From IMG/VR virus record IMGVR_UViG_3300031975_000839: a stretch of 64,000 nucleotides of DNA. One strand, given 5' to 3'. The notes under the pieces were generated by a model. The model ran no database searches. It saw nothing but the letters and a program-made list of their open reading frames with translations, and was not told the DNA's origin. Source of the stretch: an uncultured virus (IMG/VR IMGVR_UViG_3300031975_000839) (taxonomy: Duplodnaviria; Heunggongvirae; Uroviricota; Caudoviricetes). Shown here piece by piece: positions 58,494 to 64,000 of the stretch. The number at the start of each line of letters is the position of its first letter. The first letter of the stretch is position 1. Position numbers and translations under genes: made by a program.

Positions 58494-60407
58494 TTAGTTG
58501 TCTACCTTTGCACCAGAGCGCCATTGAAAACAACTCCAATATCTTGCTTTTGTTTTAGGGCCTGGATTATCACAATTATGCCTTGCACGAAAATTTTTTC
58601 TACGATTAGGGTCATCTCTTTTTATTTCCATATTTGGGTCACCAAAAGTAACCTTTATAATATTACCTTTTTCATTCTTTACATAAACTCCAAACTTTTT
58701 AGTGCTACCAGATGGTAATCTAAATGGGTCATTTAATTTAACTTTGCGTCCTTGATACTCTGCTTCTTGAACTATTTGCCCCCACTCATTCATATCACTA
58801 AATTTTTTTAATTTTTCAGTTTTTTCTTCAAACGCATTTGGAACTTCTAATTTTGTAAAAGGCCCTCTCCTCAAGAATCTAAAACTAACTGGCACTTCTT
58901 TTCCAAAAAGTTCTTTAGGTGCAATCATTCTCAATGTAACTGTTTTACTTCCATTATCAATTTTTATTCTTTCAAACTCAATCTCTTTATATTTTTTACC
59001 TTTGTATGTTATGCCATGGCCTTTAATGAATCTGTGAACTTTATTGTTTGCAACTGCTTGTGCTTCTTTAATTGGTTTAAATAGTGCAGCTACCTCAACA
59101 TCTTCTTTTTTACTTTTCTTACTTGCTTTTGCTTTTGTCCACAAATCTGCATCAGCTTTTCTTGCACCACCACCAGTTAAAAATGAGTTCACTCTTGCAA
59201 ATGCCCATTGCTGTGGAGTAGTGCCTGGCCTATGTCCAGTTCTCCATGCAGCCATACCACGATTATAAACTTGTTTCAATATTGAATATGACACCCCAGA
59301 CTTATCTGCTTTCTTTACAAGTCCAGCAATCTTCTCATTTATTTCATATTCATCACCAAACATTTTCTTATACTTAAGAGTATATTTAGATGGTTTAGTC
59401 TTTTTTAATTTACCAGATTTATCTTTATCGCCAGGTGCTGGTGTATATGCAGCTGGATTATCATCGTCCATTTTTGCACCTTTTTCAAAATGGTCATCTC
59501 TATCTTTCTTTTTACTTTTTGCAACACCTTTATAATACTTTGCTGGCTCTGTGCCTGGATCACCTTTAATGTCTGGATCTTGCTTGACTCTGCGTAATCC
59601 TTTTTGTATTTCATTTATTGTTATTTCATGTAGCCAAGCTTTGTGAACTTTACCATCTCTATCATTGAACGCAACATAATTTGTTCCTCTACGAATTATT
59701 CTGCCCTCAACACCATTTGCCTCTACTAAATCGTCTATGTTCCAAATCTGTCCAGTCAAATATAAATCTCTAAGTGATTCCATATCTGTCATTTCACCCA
59801 TATCTCTTTGCTCACGAATACCCATGTATTTACGAACATCAAGATAAAGTTTTTTATCATCTTTAAAATTAGATGGAAGTCCTTTTTTAAATGATTCAAA
59901 ATCACTATCAGATGCAGCTGTTCTCATTTTAGATGCAGACATTCCCTCTACACCCTCTGCATCTGGATCTCTTTCTCCAGCACTTACAACATTAATATTG
60001 TCAAACTTATAGTATCCATGTCGTTTACCATCAACACCATTGTAAGTTGTAAGTAATCTTTGAAACTCTTTCACTCTATCAGAGCCTACCACCATTGTTA
60101 AATTTTTAAATCCCTCATCATATAATTTAACTGCAATATCAATTGCAGTCCTAGAGTTTTTATCTGCGACTATATTTTTTGCATATTGTGGAAACATCTT
60201 TCTCATATACGCAATCTTCAATGCGTGTGGTAGTGGGTCTTTCTTTTGATTCTGTGAAAATGATGGATAGATACGAAATGGTTGTGAACCAGCAACACTC
60301 TTTACTTTTTGTATAAGTTTCTCATGCCCAGTCGTTGGTGGATTAAATCTACCAAAAGTAAAAACTATTGTGTTTTTTTGCTCTACTAATTCTCTAAATT
60401 TTTTCAT
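58494..60407 (-). CDS. cytidylyltransferase-like (HIGH-superfamily) nucleotidyltransferase with appended modules
   Basis: FGRFNPPTTGHEKL, VVGSDR, SAGERDPDAEGVEGMSASKMR. Confidence 0.85.
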   Translation of the reverse strand: MKKFRELVEQKNTIVFTFGRFNPPTTGHEKLIQKVKSVAGSQPFRIYPSFSQNQKKDPLPHALKIAYMRKMFPQYAKNIVADKNSRTAIDIAVKLYDEGFKNLTMVVGSDRVKEFQRLLTTYNGVDGKRHGYYKFDNINVVSAGERDPDAEGVEGMSASKMRTAASDSDFESFKKGLPSNFKDDKKLYLDVRKYMGIREQRDMGEMTDMESLRDLYLTGQIWNIDDLVEANGVEGRIIRRGTNYVAFNDRDGKVHKAWLHEITINEIQKGLRRVKQDPDIKGDPGTEPAKYYKGVAKSKKKDRDDHFEKGAKMDDDNPAAYTPAPGDKDKSGKLKKTKPSKYTLKYKKMFGDEYEINEKIAGLVKKADKSGVSYSILKQVYNRGMAAWRTGHRPGTTPQQWAFARVNSFLTGGGARKADADLWTKAKASKKSKKEDVEVAALFKPIKEAQAVANNKVHRFIKGHGITYKGKKYKEIEFERIKIDNGSKTVTLRMIAPKELFGKEVPVSFRFLRRGPFTKLEVPNAFEEKTEKLKKFSDMNEWGQIVQEAEYQGRKVKLNDPFRLPSGSTKKFGVYVKNEKGNIIKVTFGDPNMEIKRDDPNRRKNFRARHNCDNPGPKTKARYWSCFQWRSGAKVDN

Positions 60408-60823
60408 TTCTTTTCCTGCTTAGCAAGCCTAGCTTGTTTAACTTTTTCAATTTCTTTTTTCTTCATGGGTATGAGTAATCTTTTAGATAGTTTTGCAATC
60501 AAACCACCATATTTTTGCTGTATAATTTGGTCAGTTTGAGCTCTTCTTGCGATTGAAAATTCATTATAGTTTGGATAAAATCTATCAACTACTTTTTTCT
60601 TTGCAGCTTTTCTTGCTTTAACTTGAAGTTTTGCTGGATCTGCAACTCTAAGTTTAGACCTTTTAACTTTTGTTTTAAACGCAGCACTCTTTGCAAGTTT
60701 TTTCATGCGTCTTGCTTGTTTGATTCTTTGTTGACGAGAGATGAGTCTAAATTCTTCTAAATCTTTCTCACTATCTTTTGGAGAATAAATTTCTTTAAAT
60801 GTTTTCTTTGTCATTTGTCCCAT
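60404..60823 (-). CDS. highly basic hypothetical protein
   Basis: Lys/Arg-rich; KTFKEIY N-terminus. Confidence 0.65.
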   Translation of the reverse strand: MGQMTKKTFKEIYSPKDSEKDLEEFRLISRQQRIKQARRMKKLAKSAAFKTKVKRSKLRVADPAKLQVKARKAAKKKVVDRFYPNYNEFSIARRAQTDQIIQQKYGGLIAKLSKRLLIPMKKKEIEKVKQARLAKQEKK

Positions 60824-62052
60824 GCCTTTATTGCAGTGAAATTGTTAAATGAGAACTCCATTCTGTCTACTAATTTAACAGCACCACCACTTACTCTATC
60901 AATAGCAACATATCCCTCTGGATTTGTTACTTTAAATCCATTTTTAGTCCTGATGAATGTATCAGTCAATCCCTTGACACTATTTAGTTTTTTTACTATT
61001 TGCATCTTTGCATCAACTAACAAATTTTGGAATGTTATGACTTGAGTTAGATTATTACTATGTTTTGAAAACTCTCTTACATATTCTTTCTGTATATTAG
61101 TGTATTTTTCTTTACCCTTATCACTTTTTACTTTGTCAATTTGTTTTTGAACAGATTGCTTTACCCAATCAACATATCCTTGTGCATGTTGTTTTGGATT
61201 CTTAATCTTTTCACCAACTCTTACTTTACTGTTATTATATGTTTTAAGTGATGCACCAGCTAAAGTTCCAGTCAAACTATTCTGTAAATTAAGAAACTTT
61301 CTTAGCATTGGTGCATTAATTCTTTGAAATGTTTTACCTACCTCTGATAATACAGAAGTAATCTGCTCTGTTTCTTTTGCGTTAAATGTTGCACGCCCTG
61401 ATACATCTTTGTATGTTGCATCATCCATCCAAATACTTGATGGTTTTTTAAGTCCTTTAATATCTGCACCAAAAGATGCTTTCATATCTGGTAGTGTTTT
61501 ACCAGAATATGTGGTGTGCCAAACAACACCTATTTTTGCACTCTTTATTTGTTTACCTAAATCAGAATCTATTGGAACTGCATATACGATTGTGTTAGGC
61601 TGAAATGTGTAATACTTTACTCCATCTATGGTTTGTGTTTCTACATCATCTGTGAACATTAAATCACCTTGCAGAACTCCCTTGATACCAAGTTTAGAAA
61701 ACTCTGCAAGTGCAATCTTGAACTTTGAGTTCAACGCACCAGACAAATCTGCATCTATCTCTGCAACTGATTTATAAAGTTTAGGATTAATATTAAACAC
61801 AGATTTCTTTGCAACGAAGAACTTACCATCTTCTGGATCAATACCAGCAAAGATTGCTGGAGCTCCGTCCCACTTGACTGTCATGTTTACTGAAGTACGA
61901 CTTGCACCAGCTAGCATATCACGAAGTGAACGCAAAAAGTTAATTGCACCTCTACCACCTGGCACTCCAAAATTTAGTATCTCATCTTCTATATGCTCTA
62001 GGTGAAGATTTTTACCAGCTTGCTCTGTAAGTAATTCTGTGAATGTAATCAT
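60811..62052 (-). CDS. conserved T4-like protein with covalent nucleotidyltransferase (RNA ligase-like) motifs
   Basis: TVKWDGAP, VLQGDLMF, PEGYVA, VKLV. Confidence 0.65.
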   Translation of the reverse strand: MITFTELLTEQAGKNLHLEHIEDEILNFGVPGGRGAINFLRSLRDMLAGASRTSVNMTVKWDGAPAIFAGIDPEDGKFFVAKKSVFNINPKLYKSVAEIDADLSGALNSKFKIALAEFSKLGIKGVLQGDLMFTDDVETQTIDGVKYYTFQPNTIVYAVPIDSDLGKQIKSAKIGVVWHTTYSGKTLPDMKASFGADIKGLKKPSSIWMDDATYKDVSGRATFNAKETEQITSVLSEVGKTFQRINAPMLRKFLNLQNSLTGTLAGASLKTYNNSKVRVGEKIKNPKQHAQGYVDWVKQSVQKQIDKVKSDKGKEKYTNIQKEYVREFSKHSNNLTQVITFQNLLVDAKMQIVKKLNSVKGLTDTFIRTKNGFKVTNPEGYVAIDRVSGGAVKLVDRMEFSFNNFTAIKAWDK

Positions 62053-63200
62053 GTTGCACTCGGATTTGGTCTATAATCACACATAATATGTGATGGATAC
62101 AAACCACCTTGTTTATTTCTAATGTTAACTTTAAAAATATAAAGTTTAGTTATGATTTCTATATCTATTCTTTTTGCAGAGCCTGGCTTTGGATATAAAA
62201 CTTTTACACTTTTAACTTTTGCAGAATCCATCATTCTTCTTCTAGTCATCTCATAATATTCAATTTTTTTACCTTTTTTGTGAACCATGTGATAACCATA
62301 TCCTATTCCAGTAACAAGTATTTGTAGTAAAGCTCTCATATTAACTTTTCTAGTTACATCAACAATTATTTTTGGTGATTTCCTAGATGCAGTTTTTTTA
62401 TCATATCCCTCAAAAATTTCTATAAACCTTTTTTCTTCAATACCAAACATACCAAGAATTTGTTTTGCTCTTTTATCTTTAAATTTACCAGCTTTAAACT
62501 GATCTTCTGTGAAAATAGTTGCAACCCCAGCATTGAAAAATGTAACAGTTCCACCATACTTAAGTGAAAGGAAATAAGGTTTACCATCTCCAAGAACTGT
62601 CACATCTGTTATATATCTTCCTATTTGTAGTTCTCTACCTTTAATTAACGCACCAATATCTGTAAAAACTAAAGGCCTTCTAGTGTTCGCACCACCCTCT
62701 GGTATTACTTGAATAACTTCGTGTTTTGAGAGTATGTCATCGTGCAACTCTTTCATAAATTCTGGATATTTAAAATTTGGAGAATCTTCACCCTCTGCTA
62801 TGTAAGTTTCAATATCTTGAGTAACTTGCCCTTCAAAACCAAATCCTTTACTTTTAGATCCCCCTCCACCTCTTGAACCATTACCAGCTGCAATTTTTAA
62901 ATTATATTTTTTAGATAAAGATGGTAAATTAAAATCATCTGCGACTGAACGCATGACTTTAACTCCACTTTCTTTTGGATTTTTTGATATTGCAATAGGA
63001 TCATTAACACCAGATTTTTTTACAATATCACTAAAAAGACCTTTTAGGTTTTCTTTATTATGTGGAGTATCTAATTCATCAATCTCTTGTGTAGATTTTG
63101 GAATTATATCATAAGCTTCAGTAAATGACTGAATTTTATTTAATGGTGAAGTATATGATTCTTTCTTTGGTCGTGTAAGTTGTCTTACAAACTTTCTCAT
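62049..63200 (-). CDS. restriction-endonuclease-like PD-(D/E)XK protein
   Basis: GFGFE...ITDVTV...FLSLK. Confidence 0.55.
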   Translation of the reverse strand: MRKFVRQLTRPKKESYTSPLNKIQSFTEAYDIIPKSTQEIDELDTPHNKENLKGLFSDIVKKSGVNDPIAISKNPKESGVKVMRSVADDFNLPSLSKKYNLKIAAGNGSRGGGGSKSKGFGFEGQVTQDIETYIAEGEDSPNFKYPEFMKELHDDILSKHEVIQVIPEGGANTRRPLVFTDIGALIKGRELQIGRYITDVTVLGDGKPYFLSLKYGGTVTFFNAGVATIFTEDQFKAGKFKDKRAKQILGMFGIEEKRFIEIFEGYDKKTASRKSPKIIVDVTRKVNMRALLQILVTGIGYGYHMVHKKGKKIEYYEMTRRRMMDSAKVKSVKVLYPKPGSAKRIDIEIITKLYIFKVNIRNKQGGLYPSHIMCDYRPNPSAT

Positions 63201-63226
63201 TCAATGCTCCCATATGTTTAATCTTA

Positions 63227-63234
63227 TATTTATA
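63227..63234 (-). promoter_or_regulatory. T4-type late promoter heading the late block
   Basis: TATAAATA. Confidence 0.75.
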
Positions 63235-63240
63235 AAATAA

Positions 63241-63269
63241 AAAAAAAGGGGGCATAACCCCCCCTTTTT
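63241..63269. terminator. intrinsic terminator, possibly bidirectional
   Basis: A-tract GGGGG-CATAACC-CCCCC T-tract. Confidence 0.75.
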
Positions 63270-63291
63270 ACAGCTGATTGTAATGTATTTA

Positions 63292-64000
63292 TTACTGAAC
63301 AATGCCTTCCTCTTTAGGATTACCATTGTTCTCTACTGATTTTTCAACATCTTGTGGTAGGAAACCAGCAAGTTCAAGTGGGAAACGATTCTTTCCTCTC
63401 TCTCTTACTTCATCAATATCCATATCAACATAATTAGCTACCCATAGTTGAAAATTTTCTTCAAGTTTTTTGATATCATCTCTTATATCCTGTCTTTCTT
63501 TTGCAAGAGTTGATGGTTTTGGATTATCAATCCATGTCCAAAGTTTTACCTTTTTCATACCATACTTTGTAGATGTAACCATTGCATCCCAAAAGACACT
63601 TTTAATTTGGCTAATCTTTCTTACATAACCTAGCCCCTCTACATTTTTGTTCTTATCACCTTGATATGGTAAATTGTTTGCTATTGCAAATTTTTTTGCC
63701 TTGCTTGTACTCCACGCTTTCATTGTTGGCCAGCGTGAGATGTGTTCTTTACGAATAGTATCCAAGATTGGTTTGTGCCAATCTGGATGATGACGACAAA
63801 TTTCTTTGAGAAATTTCAAAATGTCACTATCTTCTCCCCCTATTACTTTATTGTCAATAGAATTAATCACACTTTTAATATAAGTGTTTTTAGTGTTAGG
63901 TGTAGAGGGCACAAACTCATCAGTTTCATTAGTATTAATCTTAAAGATTTCCTCTGAAAGTTTATCATCAAATCGCACGATGTCATATACCCATGTATCG
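63292..64000 (-). CDS. hypothetical protein, 5' part outside the window
   Basis: Frame stays open (DTWVYDIVRFDDK) to the window edge. Confidence 0.65.
   Translation of the reverse strand, partial: DTWVYDIVRFDDKLSEEIFKINTNETDEFVPSTPNTKNTYIKSVINSIDNKVIGGEDSDILKFLKEICRHHPDWHKPILDTIRKEHISRWPTMKAWSTSKAKKFAIANNLPYQGDKNKNVEGLGYVRKISQIKSVFWDAMVTSTKYGMKKVKLWTWIDNPKPSTLAKERQDIRDDIKKLEENFQLWVANYVDMDIDEVRERGKNRFPLELAGFLPQDVEKSVENNGNPKEEGIVQ

Noticed and set aside
1..64000. Alternative genetic code or prophage boundaries
   Set aside because: Core genes are full-length in the standard code and use all three stops; no integrase or host flank is seen.

Overview
A 64-kb, strongly AT-rich, gene-dense segment of a T4-like myophage genome, similar in gene content to marine T4-like phages. 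The host is probably a proteobacterium, inferred from sigma70 promoters, IHF-type boxes, spanins, lipoproteins and a c-type cytochrome. Most genes are on the minus strand. The window holds replication genes (gp43, gp44, gp62, regA, gp32, gp59, gp61, rnh), nucleotide metabolism (thyX, nrdA, Grx-nrdB), a baseplate/head-completion block (gp53, gp48, gp4, gp2, gp54-like, gp26, gp51, tape measure), lysis genes, tRNA-Thr(TGT) and host-like auxiliary genes (bS21, cytochrome c, ErpA/IscA, peroxiredoxin, PhoH, SET, five 2OG-Fe(II) oxygenases). Main leads: (1) a 14-kb late block whose proteins carry T4 capsid-targeting-like N-termini and Glu-terminated linkers, including a modular polyprotein and a ligase-like/phosphatase/nucleotidyltransferase/nuclease set that may be a virion-delivered RNA/nucleotide repair kit; (2) a probable programmed -1 frameshift joining gp26 to gp51 just upstream of the tape measure gene; (3) four sigma70 promoters, each with an IHF-consensus box at fixed spacing. 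All calls come from motif recognition by eye. No database searches were run.
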